A DNA stretch of 64,000 nucleotides from Psilocybe cubensis (Eukaryota): the NCBI GenBank assembly GCA_017499595.2, contig CM039003.1:620001-684000 (forward strand), written 5' to 3'. A program made the translations under genes and the position numbers. Numbering within the stretch: position 1 is the first letter of the stretch; each line of letters begins with the position of its first letter. The notes under the pieces are model-generated. The model ran no database searches and was not told where the DNA came from. It was given only the letters and a program-made list of their open reading frames with translations. Shown piece by piece: positions 1 to 14,959 of the stretch.

Positions 1-2325
1 AGATAATTCAAAATGCCAAGATAAGAAGTATATTTGGACCTATATGGCGGAGGCTGTAGCAATTGCCCATGATGCTATTTACCATTTAGCAGCACTAATC
101 AAATCTATGGTGACTAACCGCTTATTAAAGCATTTTTCTGGAGTGCCCACAGAGGTATGTCATATGGATTGATATTCATTTGTTTACTTTCTCAATATAG
201 TGCTATAGAATGCATTTGCCACTCAACTGGACACATAGTTTAATCCTTTAAGAATGCTGACAGTAGATCTACTTCATGAATTTGAGCTTGGATTATGGAA
301 AGGCCTTTTTACGCACCTAATATGCTTGCTATACACTGCTGGTCAAGGACCTAACCATCTTGTTATAGAGCTTGACAAACAGAATTATATTATTCACTTG
401 TATATTTGTTGAGCTAATATATGTGTATAGGTATTGCCAGGTTTTAACTTTTGGTGATGAAACAATCCAAAGTTTTGTAGAAAACTCTTCAGAAATGAAA
501 AAGCTTGCAGCGCATGACTTCGAAGATCTTCTTTAGGTATTTTGAAATTGATTTCTAGTATTCTTAATCTCATGTATATTCTTAGTGCGTGATTTTTATC
601 TTTGAAGGCTTATTTCTACCAAAGCATAATTGACAAACTGCCAAACTTCTTTACCATACTGCGGAATAGCACGGACTAGCCAAAATGCTAATTCATACTG
701 AAGGAATATTAGAATTGTTAGATGCACTTACCGCTGAGTTTGGAAGGTTAATGCAAGAGTTTCATGATTTTATATATTCCCAATTTGATACCCAAGAGCT
801 TCCACAAGAGACTGAAGCATGTCAACAACAACAGACACAAAAGCATGCTCAATCCATGAGTACTCCATCTTTGTCATCTTTAAACAATACAAACCAACAG
901 CCTCGGCAAAAAGGAGGATGTTGATTGAAATTATTCAATTTATCCACCATAAAATTTCACTTTTTAGGTGACTATGTTTAACATATACGCTTATTTGGGA
1001 CTACTGACTTGTACTCAACACAACTTGTAAGTTGCATATAAATGAATATTGGAAGTTGACACATACTAAACAGTTTGTATAGGGCAAACTTGCACATTGT
1101 CTGCTCAAAGCCTTCTATCACTTAACAAACAAAAAAGATGCTAATAAACAAGTTGCTCAGAAGTATGATTGTCTTAGTTTCCTCTGTATACACACATCAT
1201 ATCATGCGCAATGCATTGCTGAAAAGGCTAAGGCCTTGAACCATAGCCTGGCTGAGCAAACACACTATATCTTGAAGTCTCAAAACGTGGTCCTCAATAT
1301 CTTTTAGTTTATTCAGTCTGACAATGATCCCGCAAAAGAGGTATTTGTTTTTTTAGATTTGTTTACAAAATTTAAATCCTAAAATTAATTTTTTTTAAAT
1401 AATAGAACTTGCTACCAGGCCTTAAAAACCATTTGCTTGGACAACTTCTTGGACTTCCATTTGAAGACAATGACACACAGAATGTATTTACAAATGAGAA
1501 TCAAAACAACCTCCAAATCATTAATAACACCATGTTCCATGTCAATACTGCTTGTATCAACTATACAATCTATGATATGTGGCGTGTGTATGACACAATT
1601 AATACCCAAAACCATCCTTTTGTTATGGTTATGTCTCCAGAAACTGAGCCAGGCTTGCATCCATTTTGGTACGCTTCTGTGATGGGTGTTTTTCATGTTG
1701 ATATTGAGCATGTGGAACCACAATCTTTAAATTTTAGCCAACGTCACATGGAATTCTTGTGGGTCCAATGGCTTGGTGTTGAACCTGGTCATTGAAGTGG
1801 CTGGAAGTTTGTCTATTTACCAAAAATTGGGTATATTCCTGAATCAAATGAGTTTGCCTTTAATTTTCTTGATCTATCTCTGGTTCTTTAGGAATGCCAT
1901 CTTTTACCATTGTTTGTTAATGGAAAAACAAATGACCTTTTGAAAAGCACAGAGCCAACTGAAGCATGGGCTCAACAAGACAGTAATAATTGGGTAAACT
2001 TTTATGTCAACATGTAAGTTTTTGCTGGACAAATTTACCTATTTATCACAATGCTAATTTACTATCATAATTCACAGCTTTGTGGACCGTAACATATTGG
2101 CAAGATACCTTGGTGTAGGGATTGGACACCAAGATATAGCTCAATATTTTGATGTGGCTATAGATCAGCAAGGTCATAATGATAAAGAAGTAGAGAAAGA
2201 TACTCATATTCTAGAGGTGGAGCTTTAATCTAGTGATTCTGAAGATGATAGCAATAGTAATGACCAAAATGGCTTTTTGGATAATGACTTAGAAGATGGT
2301 GATAATGGATTTGACAATTTGTAGC
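1..2325 (+). pseudogene. Degenerate intron-containing fungal transposase, Plavaka/CMC-like
   Basis: Translated fragments VDLLHEFELGLWKGLFTHLICLL (~263-330), SEMKKLAAHDFEDLL (~488-533), KFHFLGDYV (~952-978), HPFWYASVMGVFH and MEFLWVQWLG match my recollection of basidiomycete Plavaka-like transposases. Many in-frame stops, GT-AG introns and strong CpG depletion. The 5' part runs off the window. Confidence 0.7.
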
Positions 2326-5300
2326 CCAGACATTTACTACAATTTAGATACCTTGCTTAAATTTGGACCCATGTGACTCATTTCAAACATGACTGACATA
2401 CTTAAGACATCTTGCTTCTGACAACTTACCCACTATAATGGCTAGCACACCAGACTTTTGCAACCCTGCTGTATCTCCCAATATATTTCTGACTCTTCAG
2501 AGTAACAAAGCAGCAGAGACAAGCTTCTCTTTCAAAATTAATACTTCTACTCTTGTCATGCCAGACTTAGACTTGAATGTCGAAGTTATAGTCAATAAGA
2601 TTATACTCCAAACATTTATGCATATTATAATATGTCCATTAGATTTCTTCTCCAACACCCTCTAGCCATGACATCTTTAATACAGCATCAGGCACTATAG
2701 TTCCTGTGAGGTTTATTTATTTATATATATGTAATGTGGATTCTAAAATCCTACATATAGTATGTACTACAGAATCCACCAAAACCATAGCTGGATACTA
2801 TAAAGAGCTGTCCACAACCTTACAAGGAAATCTATAAAGAGATCATCAGGGACCGTGTTGACACCTATCTTATAATGACCATATAATAAAATCATATTGA
2901 GATGTACAATCTATAACTACAAATAATTGATGTACTATAGACTACAATATATAATGTTGTATAATAATTATCAAATCATGTATGATCTTATAATATCTAG
3001 TCACATTGGTGGCACACTGTAAGTGGTATGTTCTGGTGTCTAACTTTCCCAAAATTCCTGATGTTGAGTATCATGGATGCAACAGGAGGAGCGGAAAGCT
3101 TTACCTTTGCTTTTAAAGCCATTTCTAAGGTATGCACTTGACTTATAAGGTTGTTGTTGAATGAGTTGGTATTGATCAATAGTGGCTCTTACATGACGGT
3201 AGTATTATCTCCTATCGGTACGAGTAGGCGTGACCTAAGTACTATATTAAGTGTCCCAGACTCCATCCTCTTTTAACGTTACATCCTGTGCATCTTTTTA
3301 CTATACATAGTGCAGCCTTGTGACAGGCAGAGTTCCAATGATCCCCGTACTCCTTCTACTCCCAGTCCTTTCCCACATGTGCAGTCAGTCCAGCACACCC
3401 TAGTGGAGCTGTTGCCGGCGGCAGTGATTAGTGTGCATCCCTTTTATTTGGCAATTGACCAAAGAGAGCCCATAGCAACCTAACTGACTTGTCCAAAGTC
3501 TCCTTTGGGTTGGCTTTAGCCGTCTCCGCCCGTGGGTTCCGTTCTACTCTTTGGTACTGAATGGTCTTGCAGTCGGGGGCCGGCTTTAGCCGTCTTGGCC
3601 ATTAGGCCATCACTTTTGTGCTTGTCCCAAACCTCCCAGTCCTCCCTCTTTGGCATTGCTCCCTTTTTAGAAACAAAGAAGAATAGAGCTACCATGTTGT
3701 CATTGCACTGGAGGGCGTAGGTACATCCTGTTTGGCCGCTTTGCCGCAAAAGCATTCTTAAAGCCTTCCTAGCGGATCCCCAAATCAGTGCCTGGTGTCA
3801 CCCGAGTGGCGTTGAAAAGTCACATGGTGTCTAAATCATTTTATCCATGCAACCGGCAAGGTTTGAATTTGCGTCCTAACCATCAGCCTAGGGTTAAGTA
3901 CGCAATGGTGCCTCCTGAGCCACCGTGCCCCTGACTTATAAGGTAGACTATTGTAATGCATAGTATAGAACAAGTCCTTAGCCTTTCCTTCTGTAACTTG
4001 TCAATCTATATCAATATATTTGGCTCAAGCTAATTGGAAAAATAGTAGTATCACCATAGAAGTTGGACAGTCATGTTCAATAGCCTACTAAATTTCACAA
4101 TACTAACTGGCAACCCTTGTCTTTTTACCAAACTTAAAAAACATAGATAATAGAAACCAAAATATTAATGTGAATTTTTCCTAGACATAAATAAATTTTT
4201 AAGCCATACACAATACCACCCAGACAAAATACTAGATAAAGACAAAGACAACTTTGAAATCATTATACAATCTGTCAATGCTGCCCTTAGTACCAACACA
4301 AGGTCAATACACCTTGAATGATAATAGTAAGATTTAATCCACAAGGAAACCCTTATCTTGTTTACCAGATTAGACCAAACCACCGTGGAGCTTATCAAAC
4401 ATGTCAGGCAGCAACGGAAAGTAGACCAACACCTAGCGCCATGCATTGATAAGGGCAGAAATTGTGGCAGGTGGCGTGAAAAGCATGACACATAGACACT
4501 TACCATGTCAATACCCAGGATAGAGATGGCAGACAATATAACATGCAATACTGTGCATATTGTTATAGGCTAAGAAAAAGAACAGTGTAGAAGGCAATGC
4601 CCTATCTATTATTATAACAGGAGGAGAGGATCTGAGCAGCAGAAGTTTGTGATAAAAAAAGGTAGAAAGAAAACATTCTCTCTGTAGTATGCCATGCATA
4701 TTATGCAAAGTATGGTGGTAGAGAGGCAGGGGACATATGGCACGGCACAAAGCCCTGTAGATATTATTTAGGCATATTGTTGGGGCGGCAAGAGTACTGT
4801 GGCATATCAATGCCCTGCATGTTGATTTGGGTAGAGGAGTATGATGCCTCTATGCTATTGTTGGAGGTGAGAGAAATGGTGGGTGCAGTGGCTGATGGAG
4901 CAAAATTCAACACTATATGCATTGTTGTGAATGGAGAGTGATGAGCGTGAAGGGCATGGTGTGTATTTTCACTGTGTTGCTATATTGTTGTAAGGTAATT
5001 ATAACAACCTTTGACAACGCTATGGACATAAGATAATGCTAAATAGAACAACTAATTATTAAAGCTGAGAATAATCTCCAAAATCTAAACATTCTCAAAG
5101 AATATATGACAACTTTTTATAATGTCTATTATTGCAAGAACATTGAACAATTGGCAGTCAAAAAAGAGGTCCTTGCCAAGCATTGAATAATTTTAGGAGG
5201 AAATTAAAGCAGCATATAAAATTTTAATAATTATCTGGAATTGTTGAAAGATTTGGCAATGTACAAAGAAGCCATGGTGTATATTGTTGCAACTTTTAAG

Positions 5301-6080
5301 TAATGAGATGGAAGATATAAAAGAGTAAATTGCTATACTGCATCTACTTGGAGAGAACATCCTAGCAGATATGCACATAAAAAATATTAAATTAGGGCTT
5401 AAAAAGCAAAAAGTGGGAGAAGGTAATATGGAATATGAGCAACATACTGAAACAATTCCTGCAAGATCCACTATATCATCAACAAGGATACCAAACTCTG
5501 TGTTGACTTTCTTATTACATTTTTTCTCAATTGTATCAAGATATTCAATGGAGTTTTGTTTAACTAAAGCAGAAGGAATGCTTCTATACTACAAAAGATT
5601 TGCAGTGGGAAGAGCAAAAGGATGGAAAACATCTATTTGGAAAATAGCATCCACCATGTTTTTTTTTTTTGCAAGTCGTGGTAGGCAGAAAGCAACGGGG
5701 TAGGGAGGAAACTATAGCTGCAAGTTTTGGTGGGCAGAGAAGTGGGGCAGTGGGTAGAAAGAGCAATATGTGCAGTGTGAATGCAACAATGTGCATATTT
5801 GAGTAAGCAAAGAGCTGCAGAAGCTTTTGTGGTAGCGGCAAGGGTGGTTTTGAGGACCATAGCATACAGTGCTATGCATGTATTAGTAAAAGATGTGGCA
5901 TTATGTATATAATAAGATGGATACAATGGAGAGAGCTTATGTGTCATGCAATGGGATGGTTGTTGTGCTGGGTGGAAGCAGCTATAGAGGTAGTGTAAAG
6001 TGCTATATGATGGGTGTCACAGTAAGCAAAAGGTTTAAATGCTACAGTGTGCATATTACAGCAAACAGAAAGCAAAAATA

Positions 6081-6291
6081 CAGTGGGCAAAAAAACCATT
6101 TGAGTATTGGTCACGTATGAAAAGATTAATTTATAACTTTGAAATTAAAAATGTTAAAAATATGAAATTATTCACAGGTATACTAGAGGGTATTAGCTAA
6201 AGGATGGCACACTGATCATGTGATTTTTCCAAGGATTCACCAAACAGGAGCATATACAGTTTGCTAAGTCATTTGAACAGTTTTTTTGCTA
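6081..6291 (+). repeat. Tc1 terminal inverted repeat (3' end of the transposase), ~211 bp
   Basis: Reverse complement of 52088-52298 with scattered substitutions; starts CAGTG after TA. Confidence 0.93.
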
Positions 6292-6320
6292 AACACTTGA
6301 GTATCAATAAATCATATCTA

Positions 6321-6734
6321 CTAGTACTTTGTATGTCCACCCTTGCCCTTAATCACTGCTGCACACCTTCTAGGCATGCTAGCAATCAAATTCTGCACCA
6401 CTTCCTTGGGTATTCCATTCCATTCCTTCTCAACCCTCTTCCAAAGTTCATGGATACCCTTTGGTGGGACTTCATGTTTATTAAGTCTTCTTTTGAGGTA
6501 TTCCCATAGATGTTCAATGGGGTTAAGATCTGGAGATTGTGCAGGCCATATGAGGACCCTAAAATTCTGCTCTTCAAACCATTTCCTGGCCAATTTTGAG
6601 GTGTGCTTGGGGTCATTGTCTTGCTGAAAGTGGATATCTTCTACCTGTTGACCATACCACTCCAAGGATTTTAGGAGCTTATCATCTAGGATCTCAGTGT
6701 ATAACTGAGCATCCATCTTCCCATCAATTCTAGT
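6321..6734 (-). pseudogene. Tc1 transposase, C-terminal half (DDE_3 catalytic region)
   Basis: TRIDGKMDAQLY...FQQDNDPKH...WPAQSPDLNPIEHLW...GGHTKY, with 34 residues between the second D and the E (DD34E). Confidence 0.95.
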
Positions 6735-6758
6735 CACTGCGGACATTGGCTTCAATAA
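6735..6758 (+). repeat. Left TIR of the giant CACTA element (CACTG terminus)
   Basis: CACTGCGGACATTGGCTTCAATAA, preceded by the TSD AGT. Confidence 0.95.
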
Positions 6759-6762
6759 CGAC

Positions 6763-6940
6763 TGAGTATATTTTGAATATATGATAATCTTAGTATTTTA
6801 ATTTTTCAACATTTATTCAAGACATAACCCCTAGTTAATTGCAAAACAAAATTTCAACCTTTTTTCAACATATACCGAGGGACAAAATTTGATATTTATT
6901 CTAATTAACACAGCCGATCAAATGTTGAATAAATTTTGAA
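6763..6940. repeat. Left subterminal repeats, consensus approx. TTCAACATTTA(T/C)TCA in both orientations
   Basis: TGAGTATATTTTGAA (~6763-6777), TTCAACATTTATTCA (6805-6819), TTCAACATATAC (6864-6875), AATGTTGAATAAATTTTGAA (6921-6940). The same motif occurs at the right end. Confidence 0.7.
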
Positions 6941-7919
6941 CTCGAATATACTATACATGGTAGACTATTTTTTACCATATACATGTTTGACCGAAACGTA
7001 CTCAAAAGGGTAATTAATCATCGGACTGGTTCTTACGAGTATATATATTGAATTTGTAGAATATCAGACAGGCAAAAGAGGTACTAATTAACGAAGCAAG
7101 TGAAATAGCTCGATATCACATCTCATATTATTATAACAAATGATACTCATGATCAGACGGCTCGCCGCCAAAAGTCCGTTGATGCACGGATAGTGAATCA
7201 TAATCAGGTATATATACGGGTTATATGCATCGAGAGCGCGCAAAACTATGCCCTAGGACGAGCGAGCCAGGTTAGCAATTAAGAAGTGATAAAATCTCGG
7301 ACTCGCCTTTCTATAGGATGTGGATATCTAGTTCTAGAGTGGTTACAAACTATCGGTATATAGACATTCCATTTCCACGGAGATCGGTGGCACTAGGTGT
7401 GGGGGGTGGACGACAGTGCACATGTTCTTTTAATTTTGAACTATGGGTGAATACGTTGGCGTTGCTGCCAAATGTGGTCGCTGCATCCGCGCATTCATGA
7501 ACTGGAACGTTGTACGCTGATCAATCTGAGCTGCAGAACTACATAAAAAATGTTGCATACTCACTTACAGTGACTATGATCAACAAGAATGTGCGAGATA
7601 TTGGTGACGAGAACTATTAAACTCAATTAATCAGCGCTTACACCCGTTTTGCTGCGATTGATGCCACATCAATCACAGATCACTCTAGTTTCTCGCGTTC
7701 TTTCTTCCAATTAACACTCACACACAGACACTTTGCCTCCCTCATCAAGTCGCATTACTAGGCTATTCATGATGATGGGCATCATTGATTCATACTCTAA
7801 GTCTGCCCATCTCTTCATCCTGCTTGTCTGTTTACTTCTCAGTTTTGGGTGGACGGCTCTCTATGCAGCAATTTTCCTAAGCTTCATACTCCATTATATA
7901 TCGGCATTCCTCTCCATAG

Positions 7920-8370
7920 TTTTTAAAGAAAGCGGAAATTTTTTAGACGGCTTACTCGTCTCGCCACTCGAGCTGTACAAGAGCGCAAAAGGCTATGGAA
8001 ATGGGAGAAAAATCCGGGTTTTGGGGCGCGTTTTCGGGGAAACAGGTGAGTTACTACAAAAACTACGCCCAGACTTTTCATGCGAACCTTTTTAGTGGAA
8101 GAAAGAGCGCGACCATTCCTCAAAAAACGTCACGACATCACCATCCGTAAAATTGGTATCGAAGGCCAACGACTTCGCTTGTCCCCCGGTTCTCAAGCTG
8201 ATCACGATCTGGAGGTCGATCTGGAGATGCTCAACAATGAATTCAAGCTGAATGATATACTCTTCGAGCGTGTCATACGCAAGCACGCTGCCGCCCATGA
8301 ATACGACTTCCTTTGCCTACGCTATAACATTACTCCCCACCGTGTCACTGCTCCCGATCGTGAGGTCTAG
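7920..8370 (+). CDS. Small hypothetical spliced gene (cargo), 5' end uncertain
   Basis: Basic exon (KRKFFRRLTRLATRAVQERKRLWKWE), a GTGAGT...TTTTAG intron at ~8046-8095, then the 8080-8370 frame ending ...APDREV*. No recognisable domain. Confidence 0.35.
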
Positions 8371-10282
8371 GTTTTTTGCGGGCGTTTGCCTCTTCTTCTT
8401 CATCGTTCTTATCGCTTTATTTTGGACACATTTTCTTGTCACATCATCTTGGACGTGCTTTCTGCATAGATATCTTGCTGTTAAACTTGTGCTGCATTCT
8501 AAATGTTTTCCTTGTACATAATTTTTTTCTTGGGACGTTTTTATTTGTATTTCATGTCACCGCCGTATTGCATCTCTATTCTTGTGTAGAAGTCGCCGTC
8601 TGGATATCGTTGAAGGTGGCCTGTAGTTGATGTCTTATCCTTCGACTAATGTAGCATACCCATTGAACTTTATAAGTATTCCAATATAGCCAAATATTCA
8701 TGTCGTATATTCAAAACACAATAATCATGGGACTTCGATTTCATAAAATAGATTTATTCCTTGATCATGACGTTATGTATACAACCTATATATATTATAC
8801 ATCTAGAATAAATCAACCCAAGTTCAATTCTCTTGTACATTCAATGCACTTACCAGTATGATTATGGAGTGCCTCCATCGAAAGTATCAATTCAGTTCTT
8901 CCTATATATAGTTCTCCAGCACGATTGACTTCTAGTCTCTTGAGAACGGGATAGTTCCACAGCCACAACTCCGGCGTGCCCAATCATGATCAAGGGCACA
9001 AGGAGTGCTTCGATGTCACGATTACGAGCAACTTGCTTAGAGTCAGTGCAGAGAGAATACGATGCAGCCGTTAACGTTGGAATTGAACGAGAACATGAAC
9101 TGCGGGATTGCGCGACTCGACCGAGTCCCACTGAAATCTGAGATTAGCACTGCTAAATCAAATAAAATAAAAGAAGCACACCGTAGTTCAAGGCATCTTC
9201 ACAATGTTAAACAACTTAGCATATCCGCGCATGACAATGTCCGAGAGCCCCACCGAGTGCGATGTGTTTCAGGACAGGCGGGCACAGGAGGAGAGTACTG
9301 GAGAAGTTGACCTTGCTTACGCTGATATTGGATTCAAGACACCTGACGCTGATGATGAGCCGAATGAGCACCGCGGAGACCGCGAGCACTGTTAGGAGTG
9401 AGGCGGTGGAAGTGTGGTTCTTCAGTTGAGTAACTGCGCTTGTGTCCGGGTTGAAGGACTGGGTGTTACTGATGGTATATCAGATTTAGATGTAGAAAGT
9501 GTTGACTTTGTGGCTGCTGTAGAAGCAGACCTCTGAGCGTCGAAAAAGCGTGAGGCAAATATGAGTGAGTATCTGATGTGTGCTGACAGGTTGTGTATGT
9601 TGGCAACAAAAGCTGTATCGCCAAATCCTGTGTGGTAGAGCGCGATAGCGGACAGAATGTCGAGGAAAGAAAACGCAACCATCCATCTGTACTTGCGACG
9701 AGAAAGAAAAAAAAATCAGCATACCATAATATACAACATAAAAATATGCAGCCGCTTACCTGCTCTGCGAGTTTAATTCCTGAGCACTCGCCACGCTTGC
9801 CATGAATGCCTCCAAACCTCCATTGACCGCCAGAACGGGGATATACCAGAACCACACAGCGAGGACGCGTACGCGTGGGCACTGGTCGCATGGTACGCGG
9901 GAGGAGCAGAGGTGCGTATGTGGAGGCGAAGAAAGGGAAAATAGAGCAGAGGTCAGTTGGTAGGTCCTTGATAAAGATCGGCTCCTCTTTTCCGTAAAAT
10001 ACCATAAACTGCTAGCTAGGTCAAACTGATCATGGATGGTGGTGTTCACGGGGCGTTGCCAGTGCCTCCGTTCAAGTTGATGACCGAGTACATCCGCCTG
10101 CGGGCGGTCAATATTGCTCTGCACGATTCTCTCTCATGGTCGACACTACGCGCATCCTCAACCTCGTTGTGGTCCTTCACATTGTCCGAAGACTCTGCCT
10201 ACATCTTTATTCCACCAAGTTTGTCGCCAAACCATCCTTGTCGCTCTCCTCCGCCGTTTAGCTCAAACTCCGTATTTCATTC

Positions 10283-12595
<2,313 letters not shown>

Positions 12596-13693
12596 GACGG
12601 GAAATGGATGCAGGTGGTTTTGTTGCAGGTTATGTAAATATGGCCAGAGAATCCATCTTCTGGTGCGCTACTAAGTCCTTGTCAATCGCCGCGCGTCACC
12701 CTCTCCGGCTACCCGTGCTGGTAGCGTGTTTAAAAAGTTAGAATGGCTATGGAAGGAGCAGACGACCGCTGGATTGTGCAGATGACGACAAAATGCAATG
12801 TTATAATAAAGAACGTGGAACGTGTGCATGGTAAAAGGGGTTGTATGCGTCTGTACAGACAGAGGATGGGAATGCAGGCGTAGGTGTTTGTTATAATGAT
12901 GTCCGTTGCCGGTGTTTGTTGTTGTTGCTAGGACCTTTTGAACATTGGTGTTAGCATTCCCATCGAGTCGCGATCGGGCGTTGGTCGATGTGTTACATGC
13001 GCACTTATAGGCGGCAGGAACATGTACAGGGTTTACAATCTCAAATTGAATTTCAACCCCTGTAATATGAACGGCAATAAACGCAGTTTAATAATCCCAA
13101 AATTAAGAACAATACCCCATGGCCAACTTCATCACTTTTCTCTCCCGCACTGTCCGCAAATCGCCCTTCCGGCCTCTGTTCTGCGATGCCGAAAACACTA
13201 GCGGCGGGTGTACCTTCCGTCTGCTGCGACGGCAACAGCGAGACTGCATGCGCACTCCGGGAACCTGCGACGAGGTATAAATATGAGATCGAGGTTTGGG
13301 GTCCAATTGATCACGGACGCAGTCGTTATATGTCGATGTCGATGTGGGTGTTGGAATCAGATCTTCACAAAAACTATGCCACGAGTGACAAGGATGAGGT
13401 TCTGTCTTTCCAAATGCCTGGCCTAAATGTGGGCATCGTCATAGATCCGGAAGGTGTGTAATGTGACAAATTGTACCTATTCCCCAGGATAAAGACCCGC
13501 GTCTGGACGTATCCACAACGCTGTCATGATCATGATCAACTCAGAAAATATTTTAAAAAAGCAGACTTATCCATTTTGGTTACACAAGGTCTCTAGATGT
13601 TTACACTATTGACAGGAAAAAGTAAACGATATATGTAAATCCTAACCCGATCAATGCGACGTTTGGTGGGTATGACTGCTGGCCATGATAAGA

Positions 13694-13883
13694 GAAATGA
13701 AGTGGGAAATGAAGTGTTTGACATCCTATTTGACGAATAATTGGATGTGCTAATCTCTGTTAAAGTCGTCAAATTGTTGGTAGATGGGGAAATGAAGTGG
13801 GAAATGAAGTGTTTGACGTCGTATTTGACGAATAATTGGATGTGCTAATTTCTGTTAAAGTCGTCAAATTGTTGGTAGATGGG
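13694..13883. repeat. Tandem duplication, 2 x 95 bp
   Basis: GAAATGAAGTGGGAAATGAAGTGTTTGAC...TTGGTAGATGGG repeated at 13694 and 13789 with few mismatches; overlaps the 3' end of the first membrane-protein gene. Confidence 0.9.
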
Positions 13884-14959
13884 GTTGTCTCGGCAATCCT
13901 AGGCCTAAAAAGATTAACGTGGTGCAAAATTGTCCCAAGAATGACAGAGATATTAAGGGTAAGGACTGAAATGGTTGCCTACAAGGAGTGATGAGAGTAA
14001 AACTCGGTTTTAAAATAGATTCCGCTCACCGAAGAATGAAGAATGTACACCAGTACACGGGGGTCATTCATTGCGCGTGACAGATACAGTATCAAACAGA
14101 TAGCACTGGTAATAACCAAGATGACGTTACTGCGAAATCCCAATAAAACGACGCGCAAGCGATGGTCATTGTTTCGCAGTGCGGCCCAGCTTCTATCGAG
14201 CGAAATGGATTGTGTGTGGTAAATCAAAAAGAAGTCGATGGTGAGCTCGGCTTTAATTAATTTAGGGATTGAAATGTCACAATCACAAAATTCATTGACC
14301 AATAGGATATCTTGCTTACTAATGAAGGCGAAAATCAACAAAAGGCAAGGAGGGTAACAGACACAGAGGGGGGCACTGTCGACGCAAAGGAGAGAGATGC
14401 GGCATAGAACATACGACAGTGTACCGTATCCGGCTCCACACGCAAGTATAAACAGTGTAATGTAAATGGCTCGTTTGATCTGGGGCTGCTGGTCCTGGAG
14501 AAGGCGATTCGGTGCCATGAACAAGCTGGCGCGTGAAAACCTATTCACAAGGTACGAACACATGAGTCTCTGGTATATAGACAAGCATAGAGACATATAA
14601 ATGCATCACCAGATGGAAAAGGTTGCAAACATCCATTCCATGCGGTAATAGTCAGAGATATGTCGAGTTGTATCTAGAATCGTTTAGGAAGTCTAGTCCA
14701 GAACAATCAACAACACTGTATTAGACACTTACAATAGAGGAGAAGTCTACAAAGTAAGACTATGTTTGAGGTTGCTGCAGCGCCTGCCAAATAATCATCC
14801 GACCAGATATTTGCATATCTTAACACCAGACGGGAAACCGTCGTGGCGAGGGCCACACAGTGCAGAGAAATGAGAAGAGCGAAGGCAGCTATCAATATCA
14901 GTTAAATATAAGAGAGTTGGCGAACAATGCTGGCCAGACTTACTCGGACTGATGTTCAT
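13769..14959 (-). CDS. Multi-exon integral membrane protein, PTH11-like fungal rhodopsin domain (paralog 1)
   Basis: LHCVALATTVSRLVLRYANIWSDDYLA resembles the RL...WxDD motif of PTH11-like proteins. Several hydrophobic segments and GT-AG introns. Clear homology to 21737-22837. Confidence 0.6.

Noticed and set aside
2900-6080. Possible decayed retroelement or genes left of the Tc1
   Set aside because: Stop-rich, CpG-poor sequence with no motif I could assign with confidence.
6321-6755. 144-aa ORF starting MKPMSAV as a complete gene
   Set aside because: Its first residues are read from the CACTA left TIR. The true N-terminus is at 51345-51950.
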